Assembly (NCBI GenBank): GCA_965153285.1
Contig: OZ229115.1
Origin: Podarcis tiliguerta
Lineage: Eukaryota
Direction: 5' to 3' (one strand)
DNA: 64,000 nt
Positions 1-13,460 of the stretch are shown one piece after another (position 1 is the first letter of the stretch; every line of letters starts with the position of its first letter). The notes below the pieces were generated by a model. It was not told where the DNA came from. It searched no databases and worked only from the letters and a program-made list of their open reading frames with translations. The position numbers and the translations under genes are program-made.

Positions 1-405
1 TGTCTACTCAGGAGTAAATCCCACTCAGCTGAAGGGGGCTCACAGTTAAGTGGGTACAGGATTGTAGCCTAAATGGAAATTTCCTGTACCCTCTCGCCCC
101 ACATACACTTGAGGACCTCATAGAGCCTCTCAAGAAGGTAGGACTCTCCCAAATAACATGAGATGGGAGTCTGCTGGAAGAATCACGCAATATCAGGTAG
201 ATTCCATTGACTTCCTTCAGTTAAGTTACCTTGACATTCAAGCCCGGTTGCTCATGCCAAGATCACACTTTGTGTTGTGCGAGAGATAAGGTGCTCGTAC
301 ACAGGGTTGCTGAGCCAATCTACTTATCAGATATACTTTTATGCCACTTTTTATGTTTAAACCCTCACAGGACGACTCCCAACATATCAAATATAATGAG
401 CACTA

Positions 406-759
406 GGTAAAGGTAAAGGGACCCCTGACCATTAGGTCCAGTCGTGACCAACTCTGGGGTTGCAGTGCTCATCTCGCTTTATTGGCCGAGGAAGCCGGTG
501 TACAGATTCCGGGTCATGTGGCCAGCATGACTAAGCCGCTTCTGGCAAACCAGAGCAGCGCATGGAAACGCCGTTTACCTTCCCGCCGGAGCGGTACCTA
601 TTTATCTACTTGCACTTTGACGTGCTTTCGAACTGCTAGGTTGGCAGGAGCATGGTCTGAGCAACAGGAGCTTACCCCGTCGCGGGGATTTGAACCGCCG
701 ACCTTCTGATCGGCAAGTCCTAGGCTCTGTGGTTTAACCCACAGCACCACCCGCATCCC
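406..759 (-). mobile_element. Sauria SINE (full length)
   Basis: tRNA-like head and (ACCTTT)n tail; 13-bp TSD ATAATGAGCACTA at 393-405 and 760-772. Confidence 0.92.
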
Positions 760-1168
760 ATAATGAGCACTACATCTAACTAAATTACTGCCATGCAGCG
801 CAGCTTGCAAACCTGTGGTTCTTCAGATGGTGTTGGACTCCCTTCAGTACCAGCCAGTATGGCCAACGGCCAGGGATACAAAAAGTAGTCCAGCAACCTC
901 TGGAAAGCCACAGGTTCCCCATCCCTACCATAAAAGAACAGTGCAATTAACAATAAAATACCAGCTAACACAGCCATATATTATGTATATGCAACACACA
1001 GTCTTACAAAAGAAAGAAAAAAGCTTTAAAATTATTTCAGCACCGAATCAAACCAGAACATCATAGAAACTATAAATGAGAAGGTTGTTCATACAAATGG
1101 GTCTTTATAGTCCTCTTAAATGCCAGTAATGATGAGACTATATGTACTTCAACTGGGGAACTACTCAC

Positions 1169-1354
1169 TTCTTTGTCTGTTTTCAGTAAACTCTCACTGC
1201 CAGCTGCTGATGGAGCATTTAAGACTTGGCCAAGGGGACGCACAACAGCATTTGCCACTTCTCTCCCCACATTGTCAGGATAGCTGTGAAGTACACTGGT
1301 GTGACCCTTATCATTTTGAAGTACAAGATGTAGGGACCTCCACTCTGAGTACAT
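1169..1354 (-). CDS. RALGAPB: Ral GTPase-activating protein subunit beta, first coding exon (exon 2 spans 1169-1384; CDS starts at ATG 1354)
   Basis: Translates [62 protein letters not shown], nearly identical to the recalled vertebrate RALGAPB N-terminus. Polypyrimidine/CAG acceptor before 1384; GTGAGT donor after 1169; 186 coding nt, phase 0. Confidence 0.96.
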
Positions 1355-3614
1355 AATGCCTCTATACTGCAGAGTAGACTGTACCTGGAAGGGGGGAAAG
1401 GAGAAAACAGACTTAAAATTAATTTTAATTGATATTACTTTGGTTACAAAGGACATGCATATTGCAAACACTTGGCACTAAGAAGTGCAACCCTTAGCCT
1501 AATGAAAGGTATAGTTTTTCATGTGGAGATGCGTATCCTGCAGTACAGAAGTTGCTGTTCTTTTGCCACCCCTTGAACTTCCATCAGCTGACATAACTCT
1601 TCCACTCACCATGGTTTACCATTCAGTTTGCTTTAGCTGGAAAGCAGAACCAGCAAGCCTCTCTGACACTTAAGAATGCGCTTTTAATAGTTACTTTCCA
1701 TTTTTATCCAGAATGTAACTTTGGTTCCTATTATGGCCACTGGAAACAGTTCATGCAACTGACAACACTGGAGTGCCATAATATTATTGTAGTGTCAGAG
1801 TGTCCTGGCACTTCTTTCTCAACTATCGCTCAGACCAACAAAGAGCCACCTCTCATGAACTGTCTAGTACACAGAAGCTGCTTGAAACCTCTTCCGTGCA
1901 GAAAAGCCATGCACTTCCACAAGCTTGCCATGGTGACTGGGTCTCATCACACATTTTAGCTTCACATTACTGAAAAATATTCAGAAGAGGGAGCACAGAA
2001 AAAGGAAGAAGTTGAACCTCAAAGAGACAGCAGCGCACCATGTATCCCAGGGAGGCAACTCCAAGCACCCCACACAAAATAAGTGCATGCTAAGGAGCAG
2101 GCTAGGGTTAGGAGACTTCATTCTGTATGTTAAGTCAGTATTGCACTTGGGGAGGCAGTTGCACATGAGCTGCCACATTTACCTTGGTTCTTCTCCCCCT
2201 TGCTGCTGCCCTGGGTTTCCGCCTTCTAGCCACAAAGGTCTATACAAGTAAACCCTTCTCAAAGGCTAGAAGGTGCACCCAGTTTAGTTGCCCACAGTGA
2301 AGTACAGTAACTTCAGAGAGACTATATGGGAAGATCCAGTTGCTGCCATATTGAGACATGAATGAAGGCTCTTTTGTGCTGTTTTCACTCTACATATGTT
2401 ATTTGAATATTTCAGTTGAGAGGGTTGTGGTTATTTTTGCTTTTGATGTGGTTTGCTATATACCGTTAGCCCCTTTAAGCCATCTCCACTGGACTGGGGA
2501 AATGAAATAGAAATTTTAGTATAATGTAGATATAGAAGTGCATTGTAAACCACCCTGGAATATTTATGAGGTGTGGTATATAAATGCCATAAATAAATAA
2601 AGAGCTGCTTTGTTTTGGCTTTAAGCCTTAGAAGAAACACTAGTTAATAGTTCAGGAAAGATATTAAAATGGGATAATATGGCAGTGAATTTGCTGTATA
2701 CAGACAATGCTGGAATAAAGGCACATTGTTTTTAGAGTGCTGCATATAAAAGCTATAATGCGTACACCAGGGGTCCTCAAACTACGGCCTGCTAGGGTCC
2801 TAAATCCGGCCCGCCCAACCATTGCAGAACCCGCCGCGAAGCTGTTGAGGAGACTCAACGCGCTTTGGAGAGCTTGCACCATGGTGCCTTTAAGCAGAGC
2901 AGGGGAGAGGGAAAGAGGCGGGTCAGGATTTCCCCCCTCCTGGCCTTGCCTTCCAGCCTGTCTCTCCCCACGTGTGTCCGCCTCCCTCGATCCCCAGCCA
3001 CCATCCTGCTTGCTTGCGCTCTGTGCTCCATCACCCCCTCCGCCATAGCATGCCACCCGATCCAGCGCCAGCCACTGTTGTCCTTGCAGTCCAGCTCAGT
3101 GGCTCCAGCCACCGCCTCCTCCAGGCAGCTCGCCCTCCGTCTCCTGCACCTGCGGTGGCCTCCACACTGATGGTGAGCTACGCACGGAGGTGGAAGAAGG
3201 TCACTCACAAGGAACGCAGGGCTCCGGCGCTTACCCTTGGGGCCGCTGGGGATTATGTCCAAGGAAAAAGACGGCCACCATCATCCTAGCGAGTTTTTGT
3301 CCTGGGAAAAGTGCTCGGGGGCTGGGCTGTGACCCAAGGCGTGTTTGCTTGCGAGGAATCCCCTCTCGGTATCAGGTTGCTCACGAGTAAACGTCTGCCT
3401 GCCATCCAAGAGGAGCCCAGATGGAGGCAGGCTTTGGAAAAAAAATGGGTATGGGTTCATCCGAATCCCGCCCCCCCCCCCAAGCGGGACTGAGCAGTTA
3501 CTGAATTTCCATCCCACATTTTTTCTCCCAGAGCTCAAGGTCTGTGGTTTTCGCCCTCCGCATTTATTCCTCGCAACTCCCAATGAGACGCAATCAAATC
3601 AAACAGCCTCACTA

Positions 3615-3889
3615 GAGAGCCAGTGTGGTGTAGTGGTTAAGAGTGGTAGTCTCGTAATCTGGGGAACCGGGTTCGCGTCCCCGTTCCTCCACATGCAGCT
3701 GCTGGGTGACCTTGGGCCAGTCACACTTCTTTGAAGTCTCTCAGCCTCACTCACCTCACAGAGTGTTTGTTGTGGGGGAGGAAGGGAAAGGAGAATGTTA
3801 GCCGCTTTGAGACTCCTTAAAGGGAGTAAAAGGCGGGATATCAAATCCAAACTCCTCTTCTTCTTCTTCTTCTTCTTCTTCTTCTTCTT
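3615..3889 (+). mobile_element. Squam3-type tRNA/CORE SINE with (TTC)n tail, nested in the hAT element
   Basis: A/B-box head, CORE-like GGGTGACCTTGGGCCAGTCAC, TTC tail; TSD CTCACTA at 3608-3614 and 3890-3896. Confidence 0.88.
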
Positions 3890-4158
3890 CTCACTAATTT
3901 CGATGCATCTCTCCCCTCTGAGACATTTCTTAATCTCAGGAACCATGCACTCAAAATTGCAACCATCTTTGGCAGCACCTATGTCTGTGAACAGACTTTT
4001 TCCCGAATGAAACATCTGAAATCTCCAACCAGATCCAGACTGATGAACACTTGCATCACTTGCTACGACTAGCAGTGACAAATATGGAACCGGATATTGA
4101 CCATCTCATTAGCCAAAAACAGACCCATACGTCCCATTGAAATACTTATAAGTTTATG

Positions 4159-4211
4159 ATTCAAGTAGGTAGCCGTGTTGGTCTGATGCAGTAAATTTTT
4201 TTTTTTAATTT
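4159..4211. mobile_element. Short retro-insertion resembling a Penelope-like element terminus, nested in the hAT element
   Basis: TTCAAGTAGGTAGCCGTGTTGGTCTG followed by poly-T, flanked by a 13-bp direct repeat TTATAAGTTTATG (4146-4158, 4212-4224). Confidence 0.55.
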
Positions 4212-5559
4212 TTATAAGTTTATGTTGATTAAAATCATTCTTCCTTTTAAATATTGCATTTTTTCCTGTTTCTTGTGCACTACAAATAAAATATGTGCAG
4301 TGTGCATAGGAATTCGTTCATATTTTTTTCAAACTGTAGTCCGGCCCCCAACAGTGTCTGAGGGACAGTGAACCGGCCCTCTGTTTAAAAAGTTTGAGGA
4401 CCCGTGGCCTACACTATGCTAGACATGGTCTATGCAATGATCAGCAGAACCTCATGAATGATGCATCGTATCCATGGAAAATGTAGAACAGTGACCAAAT
4501 GTATTACAGTAGGTTATATACCTGGAACTTCACAAACAGCTCATCTTGCGTTTCACGTGCTTATGCAAAAGGATACCTCTGTGATTCTGGTAGTTGAGTA
4601 GCGTGTACACATGCTACATTAAGAAAGCCTGTCTCAAAAACTACTAATAAGCTGTGTCCCTTCAGTGCCAGTCACTATGTTGACATAAAACTGGTTAACT
4701 TCTAAAAATGGAACTGGCAGAACTCAGGAATCCTTGGAACTTGCATCTTCCGATCTGGAAGCGCCAGCCCCTAATCCCAAGTGTATCTAAGCCTGCTCAC
4801 TATGCTTGGCCATGTATATTAGAGAAGGAAACGTATCAGAGGTACTACTTCCCCTACAAGTCTAAAAGAAAAATCTGCAGTAGTGAAATAGATTTTCTTC
4901 TTCTTTTGAATAGATGTCTATCTTCCACTCAGCACCAAAAGGAAAGAGTTGGCAGAAAGTGGCCTTTCAAACAGGACTGCCATAAAATTGGGAGATGTAT
5001 ATAAATAACATTTATCCAAAGGGGCGGGGGGAAGCTGAACTAAAACCCTTTAGCAGTATAACCACCTCCTCCCACAAATATATTCTTTCACCTTTGTCAC
5101 AAACAGAGAAAGTACTGTACTCAGAACAAAGCTGATACATTCAGAAGGATATCCTCCACTCCCACACACTTCCTAAGGAATCAACTTTTATTTCCTGGAC
5201 AAGAAAATGGCTTACAGCCAGAAATTTCCTGTGTGGAAGTATAGGAAACGGTCACATGCTTGCCACTTCTCTGTCAGAAGGACTGTACATTAGGATGGTA
5301 GACATTCCAACTAGTTCAGGATAATGAAGTATAAAATGCCGCCTTCTGACAAGGAGAGAGCAGCCCCACCTCCAGCGGATCACTAAGGAGCAGGAGTAGA
5401 CTTAGTGCAAGAATAAACATTTGGTCCAGGGTGGGGGAGGAAATTAAGACATTTACTGGGGGGGGGGTGTTAAAAAAAGTTTCTTCTGCTTTGTACTTGC
5501 TGTCCTACTTGCAACCACTTCTTTTGGTTTTCATATGCATTTCTCAGATGAGAGGAGTC

Positions 5560-5800
5560 AGTTGTAGACAGGAGAGCTAAGCCTGTCATCACCTTTTCTC
5601 TTTGAAGCCAGCTACTGTGATCCTTGAGTCTACAGTTGCCTCATTCTTCTCCACTCCCACTCTTATTCTTAGCAACTTCAATATCCATATTGACTCACAT
5701 TCTGAATCTTGTTCAGCACTTCCTCACACAAGTTCTTTTGCTTTCACCCACTCTTCTATACACCAATTTATTTTGCGTTGGCAAAACAAGACTACAGCCT
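5560..5800 (+). mobile_element. Ancient L2-like LINE endonuclease remnant
   Basis: TPTLILSNFNIHID resembles the APE motif (ILGDFNIH); pyrimidine-rich sense strand. Confidence 0.45.
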
Positions 5801-8800
5801 GCCTAGTCTTTTGTTTTTAATGTCTGCTAGACCCCGAGTCAGTTTACCAGTGGCACAGAATGAAATGCCACTCCACCAGCCACCATTGAGCCAAGTGCTC
5901 CATAAACGGTATAGAGTGCTCAGACATTTCCTAAGAACTCCAATCTGCTCAGACCAATGGTGGCTAGAGGAAAGGAGCTTTGTTCAGCATCATTACCAAC
6001 GGTAAACTGGGCTGGGAGCTGGAGCGTAGCATCACAGTGCTGGGCAGGGCAGAGTGGTTTAAACCTCTCCGCCCAGCTGAGCACCACAATGGGAAATAAA
6101 ATACTCCATGCTCCTCTGTTGATCTTCACAGATCAGCTGAGCTGCAGGAAGGCAGAGGATATGCAGGGTGATCATGCCATGTTTGGTCTAAACAGCCCTG
6201 AGTGGAGGGTGTGACAATGAGGAAATGTGACCCTTGGACCAAAAAAGGTTCATCACCCAGTCTTAGATCTTGCAATATGAAGAAATGAATTGATTGTTAG
6301 TCTTCATTCTGCTCGTTTTCCTCTCTCAAATCATTTTGTTTGCTTTAATTTCTTCCATTTGATTTTTCCTCTAGGGCTGTATCCAACACTGTGCACTAAT
6401 GCAACATGTTTTCCTCTTCCTCCCCCTGTGCATCCTAAAAATATGCTCCAGAGAGTGCTCCAGCTGTCTGAAGTGGATTTGAGAGTTGGGGAGTGGGGAA
6501 AGTTCTGCTGCACAAGCAGAAGTTTGCTGCACTAGCAGAACTGCAGTGTTGGACATGTCCCAAAGTTTCTGAACCATTTGAGAACTTTGTTTTCTACACT
6601 TGGATATCTGTGGGAACTCATCAGTCTTTTCTCTTGCAATCTCCTTATTCTGCAGTTGTGTATTTTGTGTTCTGAATGGTCACACATTAGACTATTTTGC
6701 TCTGGTTTCCGTCATACAACTAATATTCTGCTTTAGCAGTCTCCCTTTTTATCTTATTTTTATTCCTACATCAAAGCTGCTGAACATCTCTGCAAATCTC
6801 AGTAACTCCACTCATTATGAATTCATGCGTTCATTCTGCTCACGTGCTTTAATTCTAAGCAATATTACTCATCTCGCCTTATTTTTATCAGTAAAAGTGC
6901 TCTCTTTAACTATGCTCTTCTTCATTGGGTTGCAATATTCTGATATAATTCTCTGTCACTCTTGCCGAATCTTCATCCTCCTTTTGCTATTCTCTATATT
7001 CTGCTTCTGACAACATTCTTCTTTAGTTAAACCCACCACTACTTCTTTACTTTATCCAGTATATCTCTTGTTTTGTCCCCGCCTCCCTGTCCTTTTCTCC
7101 ATTTCTTTCTCTCTTCTGGTGTTGTTCCCTTTGCTTTTATATACGCTATGCTATTTCCCCTGATACTTTAAAAAGCCTTCTGAATCCTCCTCCTCCCTAG
7201 AACTGTTATTCTTTTTCTGTTCTCTCTTTCATTCCTACACTTCAACAACCAATGCCTCAGCTTTGTTTCTCCAATTCCCATTTTGACACTTCCCAATCTG
7301 GTTTTTGCTCTGTGTAAACCGAAGTTTTAAAACTGCTTTTCTGTTTAAGGTATCCTCAAAATAGCATACAATAAAACAAAGTAGAGGAATTTTCAAAAAC
7401 CATGTTGCTTTATTAAGAAAAGACAGACAAGATAAAATTTTGAGCAGCACAGAATGAAGCAAAATCAGCCACAGAAAAAGTCAGCCGCATCAAAACTACC
7501 AATACAGGAGGGGCAACTAAAGGACATATTAAAGGACAGAAAATAGTGATGAAAAATTAATAGGGGAAGCAGGAAGTTCCAGAGTCTGGTTGCTCCAACT
7601 GAGAAGGCATTGTTTCACATTCCCAACTGCACTTCCCAGCCACAATAGTGGAACACAGAACAGGACCTCCCCAGGGACCTCAAGAAGTGGGTGGGATCAT
7701 TAGAACATGTAGTCCTTTAAATATGCTAATTATAAATCGGCTAAGCCATAGGACAAACCTTGGTTATAGTTCATGGTTAGTCTGGAGGGAGCTTAACCTT
7801 CAGATGACACGATAAGCCACACTATGGCTTAGCACAGCACTGCACAGCAGTGAAATGGCTGGAAAAGAGCAAAGTGGCCAGAATCTGCCCTGTGGTAACC
7901 ATTATTTGGCTTAGCATGACATGCAACGCAAGCCCATGTGCTTCTCTTCACGGTCTTCCTTTACTGACCCAATTAAGTTTCAATTTACAAGTATTTCCCT
8001 GCTCTTACCCCTTATCTGTCTTAGTTACTTTTTCCTTTCTCCCTTCATTCATGAAATGATAATATTATTATTAAACCTTCATTTCCTTGTGCCATTTCCT
8101 GTGCAGATGCCATCTCTTTCACTCCCCTGGCCCTTGATGCATGGAATTCTCTCCTCTCAGCAAGCATCCTCTTGTCCTCCTTTAATATAAGCTCATCTCT
8201 TCTCTGTTGCATTTCCCCCCTGGTGTCATTCTATTTTTATACCCTTGTTACTGTTAGGCTAATTATTATACAGGTTTTACTGTAACTGTCGGCTGACAGA
8301 AAGAAAACACCAGCAGAATAGGGAGGCAGGCAAGTATCAATACTCCCCCCCCTACCCGCAGTACCACACATCCCTAAATCTGTTCTGAAGGGTTGGGGGA
8401 CTCTTTAAACCCAATTTAGGGGGCATTGCAGCAAGCAGGGAGGGAATTATTTCCCTCCATGCCCAATTGGTGTACTACTTGTGTAAGCAGACAAGATCTA
8501 TAGGATGCCAACAGATTTTTCTTCACTTTAAAGTTTGTACACTACACATGAATTCAACTTTAGAAATAGGCAGAAATAGAAACATAATTTATCTTTATTA
8601 GCTAAGCTGAGAAGTGACTAAGCACATGCATGTAGTCCAGTCTCTCAGTGTGCTGTAGTTTGGTCCCCATGGCACCCACTCTTGCTGTACCACATTAAGT
8701 TAACTGAACATAGTTGCCTGTTTTGGCTGAAATAGGAAATGGTCATTAGCAGATTTCAAATAAGCCAGGAACCTAAAACTGTATTTTGAAGTTAGTCTAG

Positions 8801-11800
8801 AATACCACCTCATTCCAAACTAGGCAACATTTCCCATTTCATATGAAACAGGCAACTATGATCAATTGAGCACTTCCTGGCTCACTGTGGTACACCAAGA
8901 ATGGGAGCCATGGGGCTAAGTACAGGGGCAAGAAGGTCTGTGCATATTGAGCCATGGTATTATCGTCCAAACACAGCCACTGTTAATTTGTTCCCTAACA
9001 TCCAAAATCCAAACATCAGTAATTATAGCCTAATGGAGAATTTAATAATGTACTGAAATATTGTGTGTCATCTTGCTTCCTTGGCAACCTCTTCCAACAC
9101 GTAACATGGATGGAATAGGGAACCTATGGTCCTATAGATATTGTTTGACTCCAACCCCATCAGTCCCAGCAGCACGGCCAATGTTCAGGGATGGCAGTAG
9201 TTGTATTCAAACAACATATGAAGGTCCACACTCCACAGGTTCCCCATTGCACACTTTGGGGGAACTTCACAGAAGGCCCAAGGACAATTAGTGCTATGTA
9301 CTGAAGGGCGATCAGAGAGCCAAAAGAGCTTGAGAAGCAGAACGGATGAGACCCAAAAGATAGGAAAGAAGAAAGAAGAGGATGGACTTTAAAAAACCCC
9401 AAACACCAGCAGACCCTGTACTAACACCTAAAATTCTTAACTCCCCAGTTCTAGGAGGAGCTTTAGAGCAGGGAGCTGGTAAAGAGGGCCAGTACATTAT
9501 GGAGAAGTTGATGACATATCTTGCACACAGAGCTGTAGGAGAGGCTACTCCGTTATTATTTGATTTGTATTCCTCCTTTCAACCTGAGTGTTCCCAGGAC
9601 AGTTGATGTGAAGGGAGGCAACAACATATGTAACTTACTTGACCATGCCCAAAGCTTCTCCTAGTCCTACAGAATAGTTTTGGTTGTGTGTGTGGTTTTT
9701 TTTAAAGGTAATAAAGATTTAATTAAATCTGCTGGCTTTTTCCAAACAAAGTTTGTAGAGCCTTCAGGGCAAGCCAAGTATTTTCTTTTCGGAGTTGGTT
9801 CCTTTGGGCTTTGAATGTAAGCCTTTCCTATAGAACTCACCTAAGGAACATTTTAACTACTACTATTTGTTTATTATTGTTCCGATTATATTGGAGCCAG
9901 GATAGTATTTCTAAGCTTTTAAATCTCCATATATAAGACCAAACAGAGCCACTCACTTCAATCCTAAACATATTTACCAAGCAGTCTGTCTGCTTGAAAT
10001 CAACAGACTTCACACAACCCAAACATTTACATAAGTATAATATAAAAACAAAAATGTAGTGAGAGCAGAAACACAACCTTTTTTTGTGAATGCCTACCAA
10101 GATAAATGGTTTCGTACACCTTCGAGAAGGCAATGAGATTAACAATGTACCTCTTGGAAATGGGTAATACTTAGGGCCATTACAGTATGGACACTACTTC
10201 TAGTCTACCCACAAAGGGAAGAGGATCATAAGAGCATGGGATCTACAGAATGCAGACAGTATTCAAAACAAGAGGGGGAGTCTCTCAAGTATTTAGGTCT
10301 CAAAAAATGAAAGGCTTTAAAGGGCAAGTGCCAGAAGCTTAAGCTGGACACAGATGCAAACAACAAGCCAATGTATTTGCCACATCTGTTGAATATGCTC
10401 CCACTTTCCTGTCAGGAAATTAGTAGTGGCATTCTGCACAATAGTCTAACAGGCAGATTCACATAATTGCATTACAGTAGTAAACCTTACATGTTACAAA
10501 AAGCAGATAAATAAAGCAAGATAACTGACCTCCAAATGTGCACAGCCTACGCACTAAACATAATTGACAAAAAGCATTCCCGGCTTCCAGCTTATCTGGG
10601 GTCTTAAGTTTATAATATAAGAAATGCATCCACATGTTGCATTATTTTTCTCAAATGCTGAGTTTTTCTTATATATTTGCATAACTGTTCTATTGTTCTT
10701 GTTCATTATGTCTGCTACCATTACGCTTGCAAAAGAATAGTGCTCCAGAGGATTCCTTACTTAGTGCATTGTATTGTTATGGGAGGGGAGGGAGCATGCA
10801 AAAATGCCCCTTCAGCACCACACCATAAAGGTAGACACCTTCCCCATTCTCTCTTACAAAATTTTACTATGGTATATTGTGCTCCCAAACAAAGATCTCC
10901 TTTTTGCTCTTCTGCATTTTCACATAACAAGAACAATGACACATACTCTCTGGTATACTTATTTTCAATCTGCTTCATGTGGAGTTTTTTGTTCATAGAT
11001 GTACAACCACACTGCTTTGCCACAGCAGAAATACCACAACTGCATGTTTTTGCAAGAGCAACAACCCCACCCCATTGCTTTGTATTTTGATATTTTGGAT
11101 GTTTGTTGTAAGCTGCTTTGGGCACAGCTCACACATATATTCAGAATGGCATGTAGACCACTGAAGGGATATAGAGTGGGAAGAAATGCTATTCAGCTAA
11201 TCCGCAATAATTATCTTAAGTTATTTTATGTATGGTCTTTCAAGAAGTGTTACTATTCTGACTACTTTTTCCGATTGGGTTGCTGAGGGCTGAAAATGGC
11301 ATATGTGCACATGATCTGAGCCTATAATTTGCCAGGTTCTTAGGTTAATTGCTGCATTTTTTCTTTTATTTTTCAAAACTTCAAAACAAAACATAAACCA
11401 ATATATAACCACATACAAATTCATAGGTATTGTGGGCAGGATTCTACTTCTACTTTCATAAGGACTTCTACTTGCACAATGAGGCTTTCTCCTCCTGCCT
11501 ATGAAATTGGCTTGGGGAGGGTCAGGAAAGCCCCCCAGAACTGCATGGGGTGGAATACAATACTTGCACAGATAGAACAATCAGAAGAGTGCAACACTGA
11601 ATTATTTTTTATGAATATGTCCGAGGTATTACATTACCAGGTTTTGAAAAGCAGTCCTTTTGCAAACCTGTTTTTTTAGTAAAAACAGGCTCTTCATAGC
11701 AATAACTTTAAAAAACAACTAAATTGGGGAAATCAGCGAGTAGAGTAACTGGCTGTTTGCCTTCAGGCATGAGACAAAACAGCAAAATCCTGTCAGTAAG

Positions 11801-12499
11801 AGTATAACTTCTAGCTTCAAAGAAGCCAGGATTTCAAGTTAGGTTTTCAAACAACTAGGATGAAAGGCAGTAAATACACAGACTGGATTACAGACTACAG
11901 CTGCCCCAAATGGAATGAGACAGCCGTCCCCAGCCTCTCGCCCTCCAAATGTTCTCAGCAATAACTCCTATAATCTGTGACTGTGGCTATGCTGGCTGGA
12001 CCTGATGGGCATAAGGAGCCAACCATAACAGGAGACCCACAGGTTCTGCTCCCCTGCTTTAAGGGAATAAACTCTTTCCACAAACAGTATTAATACGGAG
12101 CATTTATACATAGCGCTTTTTTCAAAGTGCTTCTCGCACATCAGTGTTGCCGATTTTTACAACTCCTCTGTCGCAAAGCACTATAATTACCCCTCTTTTT
12201 TGCAGAAAGCTGTGGAGTGCCGAAAGGTAAAAGCAGCAACAGGCGCAAACAAATTCATGACAACACATGGCTCCATTTATACCTCAAGTCCCTCTTGATG
12301 ACATGCCATCAGTATAGTTTCCATCCACCTGAGCTTGACCAACAGTGTCAGCATCTTTGCCTAATAAACATGTGTCTCTGGCTGTTTAAGTTTAAATCCT
12401 GCTACCTATTTCCGAGTTGGGAGAAGAAGTGAACCCAGAATTTGCCAGCTGGCCAACCTTGCCCAGCAGCAACAACAACTACAAACTGGAGTGCAATCG

Positions 12500-13460
12500 T
12501 TAACTCACTCAGGCAGCTGCTTAGGGGCTCTTCCTCGAGAGGGTGGGAGTGGGGAAAGGGATATTGCTTCGCCTCGGCAGGGCCTAGCTTTGCTTAAGCA
12601 CCCCATGGGGGGCTCCAGGATCCACAGGAAACAAGAGCAACTCCTCTCCCGCAGGGAGCACTTTCTACCAGGAGCGGTCTGCCGGGAAAGAGGAGCTGCT
12701 TCCCGGCCAGGGACAACCGCGCACACCGTTGTGGGAGGCAGCCCGGAGAAGAGCCCCCCGCTCCGGCTACACCCTCCCGGGAAAGGAGACGGCAGCATCG
12801 GGCGTCGAGGCCTCCAACCCGGGGATAATAAAGGAGCGAGGCAGCCCGGAGCGCAGAGGTCAGAGCGGGTGAGGGAGCGGGCCCAGCGAAGGGAGAGCGC
12901 GTCGTGGGCCGTGGTTCTTTTGCGGAGGGGGGGGGGGTCGCCTGGCCGCGCTTACCTGCACCAAGGGGGCCGGCTAGCATGTCTGGGGCAAAGGCAAGCA
13001 GCTCCTCCTTCAAGCTCCCGGTTCCATAGTGCCCGCAGTGGGTGAGGGGCGGGGGGTGCGGGAGAGAAATCGGACGCTGCGCTCAGGTCTCTCCGGACAC
13101 TTCCGGCCGCGCCAGAAAATTCACACCCTAGAGCCCCTGTTTCCACCCTACGCGGCGCGCACGCGCCTTGAGAACCTTCCGTGCCGCGCGAAATAAGTCC
13201 TCATATTCCCCCTACGGTCGTTCTCCACCGGAAGTACGCGTGCGTGCGTGATATTTCCCTTGAAAAGCGGTGGGAGAGTAAGGTGAAGGGAAGAATTTTC
13301 AGGCAGGCTTGGGCGGTGTGCGCATGCGCAATGCCGTTCTATGCTCATCCCTTTCGTTGACACTTTTAAAGGGGCCGGTTTCGTTTTAATTTGTCCTGCT
13401 GTTGCGTCCTTGTTTTTTAAAATTCCTCGCAATGCAATCCTATGCGTACATGTCTACGCG
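12500..13460. promoter_or_regulatory. CpG-island promoter of RALGAPB (possibly bidirectional)
   Basis: High GC/CpG against an AT-rich background. ETS/GABP CCGGAAGT at 13099-13106 (-) and 13228-13235 (+), E2F-like CGCGCGAAA at 13185-13193, NRF1 TGCGCATGCGCA at 13319-13330. Confidence 0.85.
12956..13110 (-). other. RALGAPB: RALGAPB non-coding exon 1 (5' boundary approximate)
   Basis: Lies in the CpG island and ends at a strong minus-strand donor CAG|GTAAGC at 12956/12955; ETS motif near the presumed TSS. Confidence 0.7.

Larger units (their letters stand above)
2768..4406 (+). mobile_element. Non-autonomous hAT/Charlie element of the OC1 (OposCharlie1) type, retaining the transposase C-terminus
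   Basis: TIRs CAGGGGTCCTCAAACT...AGTTTGAGGACCCGTG; 8-bp TSD GCGTACAC/GCCTACAC. About 3595-4140 encodes a hAT dimerisation region (LRNHALKIATIFGSTYVCEQTFSRMKHLKSPTRSR..DEHLHHLLRLAVTNMEPDIDHLISQKQTHTSH*) with a frameshift and a SINE insertion. Confidence 0.88.

Noticed and set aside
6540-7330. Purine-rich minus strand resembling a decayed coding exon; 136-aa plus-strand ORF
   Set aside because: Stop frequency in the best minus frame is near random, and the plus-strand ORF reflects T-rich composition.
12491-13432. Long ORFs on both strands over the RALGAPB CpG island
   Set aside because: Low-complexity G/P/R/A-rich translations are expected from stop-poor GC-rich DNA; no homology recognised.
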